Assembly (NCBI RefSeq): GCF_037042905.1
Contig: NC_087251.1
Coordinates: forward strand, 27,840,001 to 27,904,000
Length of the DNA stretch: 64,000 nucleotides
Direction: 5' to 3'
Source: Lytechinus pictus
Lineage: Eukaryota
Shown: positions 54,201 through 64,000 of the stretch, in pieces
Numbering within the stretch: position 1 is the first letter of the stretch
How the letters are laid out: each line of letters begins with the position of its first letter
Notes under the pieces: generated by a model
What the model was told of the DNA's origin: nothing
Databases searched by the model: none
The model's input: the letters and a program-made list of their open reading frames with translations, nothing else
Program-made: the position numbers and the translations under genes

Positions 54201-57200
54201 AAATGGACACTTTGTTAAAGTGACAAGAAATTAAGGGTAATTTTTGCAAATGTCCTTTCTAGTTCATGTTCAAGTGCTGCAGTGTAAAATATTCTTTCAC
54301 ACTTATACAGCCTTTTTTGTTCATTCTTTTGAAGTCGAGTGAGCGCATTCTTTGTGGAAATCAGTGTTGTTTAACTCTTCCATTTGCAATTTCCCTAAGC
54401 AATCTAACTTTACTGAAATTTTAAGAAAATTACTCATGCTACCAAGATGTGTTGTCAATTTGCTGCATGTAGCAAACAAATGAGGTAATATCATAGTGGC
54501 TGAGCGAACATACTTGAAATTAATATCAGAAATGATACCTGGATCATTTCACTGGTAATATTGTATTGAAATGACTCTTGTGACTGAACTTCTACATAAC
54601 TCGATGGGTCAATCTCATTTTGACACAGCAGTTAGATGATAGGTGTAAGAAAACTCCTACCAACTTATTTTTCAGAAAAGCAGTTGATTTTATGGTTGAT
54701 TGCTAAATTTCCTGTTTATTTCCTTTGTTATCTTTATTTTTTCTAACATATGCTCTTGATATTAGTCATTCTATCTCATGTTACAAAATATAAACATTTT
54801 TCTTTGATTGAATCCATTTCAAAAGGATAATTTTTTTATCGTATATGCTGTGCTTTAAAAATTGCCAGAGATTTTGTAATCACACCATAAGATTTATATA
54901 TATATACATATGTATATATATATATCTTTTATTACAAGTATGAATTTTTCATGTTTTGTGTAAAAATGAGGTGATTGTACGAATTCTTATATACTTGTAA
55001 GTGTGGAAAAGACTAGAATAGTTTTGCTCTGTGTTTATTGGATGGATGAAGTAGATACTAACTGATTAGTGCTGTGATATGGTTATTTCCAATTCTGTTT
55101 AATGAAGAGTAAAATTGGATGGTTTAATTTACGCAGCATAAAAAAACATTGGCACAAATTTTCTTTTGTGGGACCAGTCATAAATCAAGGGAGACCTGCT
55201 TCGTAACATGGGAACTCTACTTTTAGGGACATGGAAAGTAAAGATTATCAGTTGGTAAAAACTTATACTTACATGAATATTTAATAGAGTTTTATACCCT
55301 GCCCTATCTGCTTTTATTTTCATGATTAACCATTTTATTTCCTGACAAAACTTTAAATTAGCTATCAGCTACATCCAGAGTAAGACTTGTGACAGGGATT
55401 TGTTCTTGAAACAAGCAGGAACTGTGCTAGTAAGCACCTTCATTTTCTGAGATTGGATCAAAGTAACAAGTTTAGATCTGGCATTTCATGTCAGACCATC
55501 TGTAACAAATTACACTTTTGAAGTGATTTGTTTTAAAGTATATCTTTTCCTTGTTCTTTTCTTTTTAATAGCTGAGGATGTGGCTGCACTTACATGCCAT
55601 CATGCAATTTGTTGTCCCCCTGAGAACTCACATAATAAGGTAAGTCAAAGGTCATATCCATATGACCTCAAGGTCAAATTGATTAGGCCAAACTCACTGC
55701 TGTACCCCCAGAGGCCTGTCATGCAATTTCATTGAATCCACCAAAGTTAAAGGAAACCAAAACCCAGAAGAGAAGCAATCTTATTGGTAAGAGTAAAATG
55801 AGAGGAACAATTTTTTAAAGTTTCATCAAAATTGGTTATGAAATAAGCAAGTTATGGACGTTTAAAAAGTCTTGTTGTACTTTCTATGGGGATCCTCAAA
55901 TTGGCAAACGTCCTTCAAAATGGCTGATTTTGTAGACAACTCTCCCATTTGTTTTGTTCACAAATTTTCAGATTTCCCCTTTATTTTACATATTTCACAT
56001 TATCTCCTCCTGACATTGGCATATGTGGTGTGAATTATATTTTCCCATGATACATGTTGTGCTCAGAAGGAGGCAAGATGCAATTTGAAAGATAATGAGG
56101 AAAAATTGAAAATTTGTGTACAAAACAAATGGAGAGTTGTCCACAAAATCAGCCATTTTGAAGTACGTTTGCCAATTTGAGGATCCCCATAGAAACTACA
56201 ACAAGAGTTTTCAAACTCCCATAACTTGTTTATTTCATAACCGATTTTGATGAAACTTTTTTTAATTGTTCCTCTCATTTTACTCTTTCCAATAAGATTG
56301 CTTCTCTTCTTGGGTTTTGGTTTCCTTTAATTTCTTTTAGGTAATTGAATACACTCTCATCAAAGAATTTCAAAGTGCAAATAAAACTCTAGAGGTGAAA
56401 GGTCATTGTTGTTTAATTGCCTTTATGTGTTTAACAATTTTCTAAATCAAATTTTAAATTAAATTTTTAGATTTCATGCAGTGTGTTTTATGATGATATT
56501 TCTGTGTATCTTAAATTAAGTACAGGTATTTAATATAATGATAAAGATATAAGTTGCAAAGAAAAGCCAAAATTAAAAGATTTATAAAACTTGAGACAAG
56601 GTTAAACATAGTGGCTTCCAGCCCTCACCTTGTTTAACTTCCGATTATTCAGTGCATATGGATGATTGAAATGGTGAGAGCAAATCACTTGTTTCCGCTG
56701 TTATGTCTTCTTAAATGTCATTTTGGAGTCAATGCGTGGGAGGGAGCAAAGAATGTCTCATGTTAATGTACATGACTTCCCCCCGCCCTATATATCTCAG
56801 TCTGACCTTGTTATCAAAGAAAATACAGGTAATGGACTTTAATGTTTGATTAGAAATCAAGAAGGACCCAAATGATACAATTAGCAATGCAATTTAATTA
56901 AATAGAGTATCAAATTGTATGTTATTTCATAATTAATGGTGCAAATTGAAGTAGTTTCCTATCTCACACTTTTTAATATGTGTGCTTGAAACATAACACT
57001 AATCTTTGAGGGGACTTGTTTGATGACCTAAAGTCTTTTGTTCTAGAGGATTTCTTCACCAAGTAGGGGATTCTCCCATCTGTATTCATATTATGAGTCA
57101 CCATAGACTTGTGGGACTGATTAAGCTCTGAGTAGGATCATCCAGTTCTATTTCTGCCGAGGCTGGGGTAGCCCAAACTTTTTTAAAGATGTTTTTACAA

Positions 57201-60200
57201 AGGACATTTTTCTATGTGGATCCCACCTATAGATATCTGTGTAAGTTGCCCGACAAGGAGCTTCGAGGAAATGGAGCTCGGCACATGGCTGATATGATGT
57301 GGAGCGCCATCAAGGAGCCAGTAGAGAGCCCTCTATGTTTCGATCAGGACAGTCTGGAGCTTGCTTTCAAGTTTTTCACATCGGCTACCCTCACCATGAG
57401 GCTAACTGGCTTAGGTCAAATCACTGTAAGTTTTTCCAGGTGTTTTCTAATGTATCAATATCTTTTAAGCATCAATTTAAAGTCTACAACTATAATTTTG
57501 CCTATTCTCAATAATCAGCAGTCAAGAAATAATTGTGATTAAGAATAATATATATACACTAGTAATCGAAACTAATTAATCTCTGAATTTAACAGTTATC
57601 TCATCATATGCAATTAATTTAGTTGTTTTTGTTTTAATATCTCTTTAAATATCTCCTCTTTCTTTCTCTCTCTCTCTCTTTCCTTGTCTTTCTCTATCTT
57701 CAACCATTTTCTCTTTCTGTTTGTCAATATCTATTTCTGTCTTGCTATTTTCAGAATCAAATCCATATGTTCAACGAGGTTTATCACAATGAATCAGTCA
57801 CGGATGTAGAAAAGTAAGTCCACTCTTCCTCATTCTTCATACTCTTGAGCTGAGTACTTAGAATTAAACCCTTTCATTCCTGAATTCTGTAATTCCCACA
57901 GGCTTTGTAAGGGAACCACCCGGTTTCAGTAGACAACTGGTTAACATTTGGTTCTTGATATCCAGGCAGACAAATGAAAACATTTTATTTCCTTGTAATT
58001 TATAAAATGTGATTTAAAATGTTAAATTGTATAATTCCATCTCAGTGTTTTTAATTTCTGATCCTACCTCATTTTTTTTGTGCTCAGTCATATTTTATAG
58101 TTCAATTCTACAGTCAAACCTGTACACAAAGACTGACCAAGGGAGACAAGGAAAATGGTCTTTATGAACGGGTGACGTTTGTAGACAGGTCCCTGTAATA
58201 CAAAAATTGGGAATACTGTTGTTGGAAAACCCAAATTAACGTCTGTATAGATGAGTTGTCTTTCTATTCAGGTGGTCACTAGAGCAGGTTTGACTTTATT
58301 ATGAGATGGCTTATTTGTTTGTTTCATTGTATCCCAAATTAGCCTTAGTGCTTTTATGTATGATGGAAATTTCAGATGATAATTGATATTTGGCTGAAAT
58401 TTTACAAACCTTCCACTCTTTAAAATAGAATATTCTGTGTCATATTTCTTTTGCAGTATGGGCTCTGAACTGACAAAATGGCTGCTAGAGAGGGAAATCG
58501 TTGAGCATATATTTGGTCCCAATATGCATGTGGAGGTGAGAGGCAATAGCTTAAGATAACATGAAGCAATAGCTTAAGATCAACAATTAACATGAGTCTG
58601 ACTTGTTATGAATAAAATAAAGCTTAGAATTTCCAAGTGTTTTTCTCACCGTTGCCTATTAAAGATTTTTGTGGGGCAGTAGTCCACAGCTGAGAACATT
58701 CTATGAAAAAAATGAAATTGAACAGAATTTACCACTTAATTTAGTTTATTTCAATTACCTCTATTACACAATATTCAGTTTTAAACCTTAAATCATTAAC
58801 TAAACAAGCATTAGTTGTGAATACATTTGGTTGCATTATATTTTGCTTAAGGCGGTAAAACAGTTGTAAAGAAGCAATTATTTGTGAAAACTTAAGACTA
58901 TAGATTACATTTTTGGTTATAAACATATCATGATTTAGTAAGCTTACTTCATGAATAAAGCATTATATTGTTGACCCAGGATTTTTTTGTGTAGCCTGTA
59001 GACTTCCTTATATTTCTGAATTGAGGGAGAGGATATGAACTTCAACATTTCCAATTGTGTGATCTGATTTTCCTATTTTTGCGTAAGAAATGGCTCCAGT
59101 GACTTTTGAAAATTTACTATGTTGTCTTAAATGGATACTCACTCAATCTTGACTTGACATACTGGAGTGTTGTGGCCCAGTGGATAAGTCTCTGGACTTT
59201 GAAACAGAGGGTCGTGGATTCTAATCCCAGCCATGGCGTAATTTCCTTCGGCAAGAAATTTATCCACATTGTGCTGCACTCAACCCTGGTGAGGTGAATG
59301 GGTACCTGGCAGGAATTTATTCCTTGAAATGCATGTGCGCTGTAATCTTAGTAATTATGGCTGCCAAGCTACAGCTGGGGTAATAATATCCAAGTCCTTT
59401 GGAAGCGCATAGAGACATTATTCATAATTCTGATTTGCGCTATACAAAAACTATATTATTATTGTTATTAATCAAATTGTTCGATAGGTAGTCGATGGGT
59501 ATAGGATCACTCCTGCCAAATTATTTTAATGAAATATGTTGAAAAGATGTGGGTTTCGTAAAAGGGGGGGGGGTAATTCTTGGCGTATTTAAAATCAACA
59601 ACATAGACCCTACTTAAAGCAGAATTTTCAATTATAAGCTCTTGTCTGATTTCAGATTATCAAGCAATGCCAGGTGATCCTGAATTTCCTTGCTAGTGAC
59701 GGCGCCCTCACCCTAAAGCACCTGGACACCGTGTGGGCGGCGGCCCAGCTGAAGCATTCTGGTCGCTACGTCCACGATCTCTTCCCCCATCTCATCAAAC
59801 ATCTTGAATCGCGTCCCCTTCTCCATCTCATGCAGCTGGTCTCTAAACTCCATCCATCTGAACACACTGAACAGGTAAGTAGGGAAATGTATGAGATATC
59901 GTATCATGGTGTGTTTAGATGAATTGTTATTCTTAAGTTTTATCATATCAATGAGTACTAATCACTGAACGTTCTTGATATGCAGCAGCCATCAGAACAC
60001 TCCTCGTAGACCAGTGAAGAAAAGATTGAAAAGCTTTGGAAGGAAAGAAAAGAAGAAATTTGAACTATCTTGTACAGCTGATTTCTGATCTGGAGTTTAT
60101 TGTAGGGTTAGGGGATGGGCTATGATTAACCCTATGAACCCGATAGGCCGGAATACCAGCCTTCCAGTGAACGTGCATATACCTGATGGGTTCTAAATGT

Positions 60201-61065
60201 CAGGTGATCTTTTAAAATGACGTCATCTTTCTAGCACGTGTAGGGATGTTTAGTCGATAATTTCAGTCAAGATTGGTATTGATTTCGGAAGGTTTTAGCC
60301 ATAATAAAGGCCAAAATATGCCACTCTTATGCGATTGCCCTTGTGGCATGTGTGGTAATACACGGTGTAATATGCGGCGAGTCACATGCTATGTGGGAGC
60401 TATTGGTAAATCTGACCTCAGTCAAAACAGACACTTAAGTTGATATTTCTGTTTGTAGACTAGTTCTACGATAAGCTAAACAACTTCAGCCGGCCCGGTC
60501 AAGGTACTAGCGTGGGGAAGATGCCGTACGTTGGGCTCGAATCATGGGAGCTTGTGAATGTGGACCATACGTGCAAATAATTCAGGGTATGGGTCACCGC
60601 TGGCCCTAATAATTTAGGGTTCAAAGGGTTAAGGATAAAAGAGCTGTGAAGTTGGTTCACTTTGCTTTACCAATCCTCTGAAGACCACCAAGTGTATTTA
60701 GGACAATCCCTACCAACAAACCTCATGGCAACAGTCAAAACAAAATTGTAGCACTTCTTGTCTCTCCTTTGCTTAATAGACCCTCTACATCTTACAGGTC
60801 ATCACCAAGTGTGCATTGGACAATGTTCTTTTCACAGAGGTCATGACAGCAACTCGAAGCATATCTGATATTTATTTCCTTTCCTTTGCTTCACAGACAC
60901 TCTACCTATCCCAGGTGATCACCAAGTGTGTTTGGGACAATGCCCTGTCAACGAGAGCCATGGCAGCGACCACATCCCATCCCAGAAGATTGCTGCCTTC
61001 TGTCCAAGTCTCACCCACCACCCAAGACTTCCCGCTACTCAAGAGCAGTCTGGAGAAAGGCAGAT
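33255..61065 (+). CDS. USP34: Ubiquitin carboxyl-terminal hydrolase 34, N-terminal part (gene continues beyond the window)
   Basis: Exons 33255-33315 (MAGDNSSDCYCGDILKLLDL), 41791-41866 (IELQKEHVWILYNY), 49709-50312 (QCNCVFKEYK..WTQEEKERLL..FPLYSAHK), 50573-50623, 51145-51294 (TPETLPF), 55572-55639, 57233-57425 (YLCKLPDKELR..LTMRL), 57755-57813, 58457-58535 (VEHIFGPNMHVE), 59656-59874 (IIKQCQVILNFLA..WAAAQLKH..HTEQ), 60897-61065 (last donor less certain). Phases are consistent and the motifs match USP34. Confidence 0.95.
34045..34120. repeat. 14-bp hairpin overlapping a perfect 32-bp tandem duplication
   Basis: TGCGAGGTTAGTAT/ATACTAACCTCGCA arms; AGTATACTAATACTAACCTCGCAATACGTGTG at 34054-34085 and 34086-34117. 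Confidence 0.9.
34999..35987. mobile_element. hAT-like non-autonomous element
   Basis: TIRs TAGTGCTGTTGTCG / CGACAACAGCACTA, with clustered subterminal GTCGACAT motifs at both ends. No TSD seen. Confidence 0.7.
36556..37234 (+). mobile_element. Helentron/DINE-like element, copy 2 (~2 internal units)
   Basis: Same ends (GTCTTGCCTGCA..TGCAGGCGAGACTGCCAG..ACTTGTT) and internal unit as 15737-16917. Confidence 0.75.
38884..39100 (+). mobile_element. Helentron/DINE-like element, 5' fragment
   Basis: TTTTTGTCTCGCCTGCATA start plus a partial internal unit. Confidence 0.6.
39607..40688. mobile_element. Tc1/mariner-like non-autonomous element with internal inverted repeat
   Basis: TIRs CAGTCAGTCCGCAAGCCC / GGGCTTGCGGACTGACTG, TA at the left end; inner 22-bp IR at 39998-40019 / 40273-40294. 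Confidence 0.7.
42164..43733. mobile_element. Cluster of nested palindromic MITEs (TTATATCCTAC/GTAGGATATAA family plus a TTAACCCCGTACTATAGG foldback)
   Basis: Repeated inverted termini at ~42338, 43271, 43383 and 43721; perfect 30-bp-arm hairpin at 42746-42809. Confidence 0.6.
44058..45727. mobile_element. hAT-like non-autonomous element containing a purine-rich tract
   Basis: TIRs CAGGCCTCTACAAA / TTTGTCGCGCCCTG, subterminal CTTGCCCG arrays, flanks CTCACA / CTCACACA; GA-rich tract at 44440-45120. Confidence 0.7.
46946..47372. mobile_element. PIF/Harbinger-like MITE
   Basis: ~26-bp TIRs AGC(C/T)CCCATCACACTTATTC with a TTA 3-bp TSD on both sides. Confidence 0.8.
51361..51863 (+). mobile_element. 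Helentron/DINE-like element, older diverged copy
   Basis: GTCTTACCTGCA..TGCAGGCAAGAC ends with degenerate internal units. Confidence 0.65.
53172..53912. mobile_element. MITE with AATTCTCGCTACCCCAAATAG TIRs (longer copy)
   Basis: Perfect TIRs; near-identical to 18413-18870 plus ~285 bp extra. Confidence 0.85.
55751..56326. mobile_element. Kolobok-like palindromic MITE
   Basis: TTAA TSD on both sides, AG..CT termini, inverted arms over 200 bp. Confidence 0.85.
58111..58296. mobile_element. Tc1/pogo-like MITE
   Basis: TA-CAGTCAAACCTG ... CAGGTTTGACTT-TA. Confidence 0.6.
59164..59470 (+). mobile_element. tRNA-derived SINE
   Basis: A box TGGCCCAGTGG, degenerate B box, core GCACTCAACCC..GAATGGGTACC, (TAT)n tail. 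Confidence 0.8.
60130..60628. mobile_element. piggyBac-like MITE
   Basis: TTAA-CCCTATGAACCC ... GGGTTCAAAGGG-TTAA. Confidence 0.8.
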
Positions 61066-61814
61066 GTAAGAAACACCAGGGGCTCATACTAAAGAGCTTA
61101 CTAATCAATTGTACAGTTGATTTATATCGTTAACTGCACATGATGATCACTGTAATTAAGCATAAAAATCAACCACATGATCAAGTTGTAAGCTTTATAT
61201 TATGGGGCCAAAAGATTGTTTCTGTATGCTATTAATGCTTTGTTTACTGATCTTGTTGGTCCCATGTACAATGCATAATGGAATTACAGAATTCGCAATT
61301 GGTTACATTATGAGTAACTTTGTAGATTACTCAGATTTCGACAAGCAAAATTTGATTTCTCAATTTTTTGCCATTGACAGAAGGTGAAAGACTTTGATGT
61401 CGATAAACATTCTTTATATTATTTAGTGCTAAGTATATTACAGGCCGTAATTCAGTGACCTCATTCAATACTTTATCAAAACAAAATCTTCAGGGATTCG
61501 GGCCCACACTCTTTTGCAATATAATTCTGAATCCCACAATGTATGTACTTTCTACTACATAGGCTTTTGCATCCTATCGGCTACCCATTTAACACTTGGG
61601 TGGAGCGAGTAAACTGTGCATTGATGCACTAAGCCACCTAGACAGGAATAACTGTCGTTTCTGGGGATTTCTTTAACAATTTCTGACATTTTACTATCCC
61701 CATTCACCGACAGTTGTACCTGAGTGCGAGCCCGCATGTGTAATCATGTCGCCCAATTCCGGCCTATAGTGTTTTGTCTAGATTTTTTTTTTTTAGGTCT
61801 AAATGACGGTTCTA

Positions 61815-62070
61815 GGACAACTACCCCCTGGACAATCACCCCCCGGACAACTACCCCCCGGACAATTACCCCCCGAGGACAATTACCCCCCGGACAATTA
61901 CCCCCCGGACAATTACCCCCCGAGGACAACTACCCCCCGAGGACAATTACCCCCCGGACAATTACCCCCCGGACAATTACCCCCCGGACAACTACCCCCG
62001 GACAATTACCCCCCGGACAATTACCCCCCGGACAACTACCCCCCGGACAATTACCCCCCGGACAATTACC
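61815..62070. repeat. Minisatellite (GGACAAYTACCCCCC)n, 15-17 bp units
   Basis: Directly visible tandem array. Confidence 0.95.
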
Positions 62071-63369
62071 TTCAGAAAATCCCCCCTTCTCTCCAGCATC
62101 AATGTTAGAATTAAGCGGGACCCATTGTAAGTTTTGGTCGGTGGCACAGGTTTCCGAAATATTTTCTACTTCATCTTACGTGTATAACTTTTTCTTTCTC
62201 TTTTATATTGCTCTTTCTCCTGTTCTCTCACTTTCTTCTTTTTTCCTTTTTTGTTTAGCGGCGCCTTCTGCATCATGAAAAATGGGGGGGGGGGGGCTTG
62301 CACCCGAAACCTCCCGTTTGGCTATGCATATATACATCAGAAAATTTGTAAACTGGCCCTCATTCTAAGTTTTCATTTAACAATTGAACACGTTGAGTCA
62401 TAATAATCACAAATGCTGAATATCTTTGATTCCAACTGATCTGATTTTTTTGAATATTTATTTTGGGTTTAATTTCAGGTAAGAAATCAGGCAAATAGAT
62501 AAATCGTTAAAAAAAACACCTTTATAGGTAGAAATATTGAAAGTCGATAACGCAACTATGAACACTAACACTGTCAAGTAGACCTATTAATCTGTTTTTT
62601 TAACAGTTCAACTAACAAGAAGCTAAGAATTATGAAACAATTGGTGCACATTCCAGATTAAGATGTGGCTTTATAACTTAATACAGTAAGCTAAAAAACT
62701 TAAAGAAAAGATAATACACACAAGAACACCTTGTAAATTACAAGGTGTTTTTGTGTGTAGTATTCTTGGGTGAAAGCAATTAAACATTAAAGAAGGAAAT
62801 TAAGTACCAAATTTACTAAATTGTAAACAATATGACATATTCAAATACAGTGTTTGTTCTATACAAATTGACAATCATGATGGTATACAATTCGTTTAAG
62901 GTGCATTTTAAGGACGGTTTGTAAGAATTTATTAAGAAGTAGGCCTATGCAAATCAAATAATGCGACCGAGCATCGTGAGCTGAAAATATTAATATTTAG
63001 ACCATAAAACGGACATTTTACAGAGCACTTGAAAAATCAATTTGCAAATTTAAAAATAATGAAAGCTCGATATCCGAGATGAAATATGTTTTGTATATTG
63101 GCTTCGAAACTTGATATTTTAAGCTTCATATCAGCCTATATTGAGCAAGATATTAATCTCATCGAAAAAGCAATGCGAGCGCGAAGCGTGAGCGGAAAAT
63201 ACTTGATATTCCGGTATGAAAATGGTGAATTTGAGCACTATCTAAAGCATTGTGTAGGGAAATTGTGAAGTGGATTTGTAAAGCACTTAATAAATGATGC
63301 GAGTGTGAAGCACGAGCTGATATCTTCATTATTATTTTGACCTAGGACCTGGTCATTCTATAGGTTTAA

Positions 63370-63953
63370 AGGAGAATGAAACTCTTGGAGCAAGTTAGCT
63401 TTTGTGAAAGCAGAAAATTCAAAGAATAAGATCAACAAAAGTTTGAGTAAAATAGGACTAGCAATAGAAGAGTTATGAGCATTTGAATGTCGAGATCACT
63501 AATGCTATGGAGATCCTCTTATTGGCAATGCGACCAAGATCTATGATGTCACAGATGAACAACTCTCCCCTTTTGGACACTGAAAATATACCCCAAAACA
63601 TCTCTTTTTGCTCATTCTAATCATATGACAAACGATTCATCAATGATATAATGTTGTGAAACCTCTGTACTTGTCCTCTCATAAAGAGAACACTTCACCT
63701 TGTGATAGACTCTATAAAAGTGAGAATATGAGTGAAATAAGTACTAAAGTAATGAGGGAGTTGTACGTGTGTGACATCACAGATCTTGGTCGCATTGCCA
63801 ATGGGAGGATCTACATGGCATTAGTGATCTCAATATTCAAATGCTCATAACTTTCTTATTATTCATTCAATCTTCCTCAAACTTTCAACAATATGTTTCT
63901 TTGATTTTTCTCTTTGATATGGATTCAGCTGGTTTCAAGGGTTTCATTCTCCT
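63370..63953. mobile_element. Kolobok-like palindromic MITE
   Basis: TTAA-AGGAGAATGAAAC ... GTTTCATTCTCCT-TTAA with long internal inverted arms. Confidence 0.85.
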
Positions 63954-64000
63954 TTAAGGACATTTTGTCATCATATGAAAACAACCAAAAAATTACTTTT

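Noticed and set aside
61724..62278. GQLPP/DNYPP repeat protein ORFs
   Set aside because: Open frames produced by a stop-free minisatellite inside an intron.

Overview
Animal genomic DNA, AT-rich and repeat-dense. The repeat families and gene sequences suggest an invertebrate deuterostome, probably a sea urchin (inference). Two spliced protein-coding genes lie in tandem on the + strand: GTPBP2 (11 coding exons, 11090-27496, first coding exon not identified) and the 5' part of USP34 (11 exons from ATG 33255, continuing past the window end). Upstream of the GTPBP2 exons is an ~8.7 kb intron-containing, TIR-less DDE DNA transposon on the - strand (~1954-10693). Its motifs (CCCC finger/DUF6729-like, KMDSTKK, YVDR, RLDV[W]H, STSLESFH, C-terminal CCHC finger) fit the Dada superfamily, known for targeting U1/U6/tRNA genes. 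Here it is bounded by GCGCCA/GCGCAA direct repeats, and the reconstructed empty site is not a small-RNA gene but a near-consensus CTCF-type motif (CCAGTAGGTGGCGCCA). This is the most interesting observation. The transposase is a pseudogene and carries an internal ~1 kb templated duplication. Both host genes have local partial exon duplications; the USP34 one is in frame and has its own splice acceptor. Introns contain Helentron/DINE-like elements, Kolobok-, piggyBac-, hAT-, Harbinger- and Tc1-like MITEs, tRNA-derived SINEs and a LINE relic.
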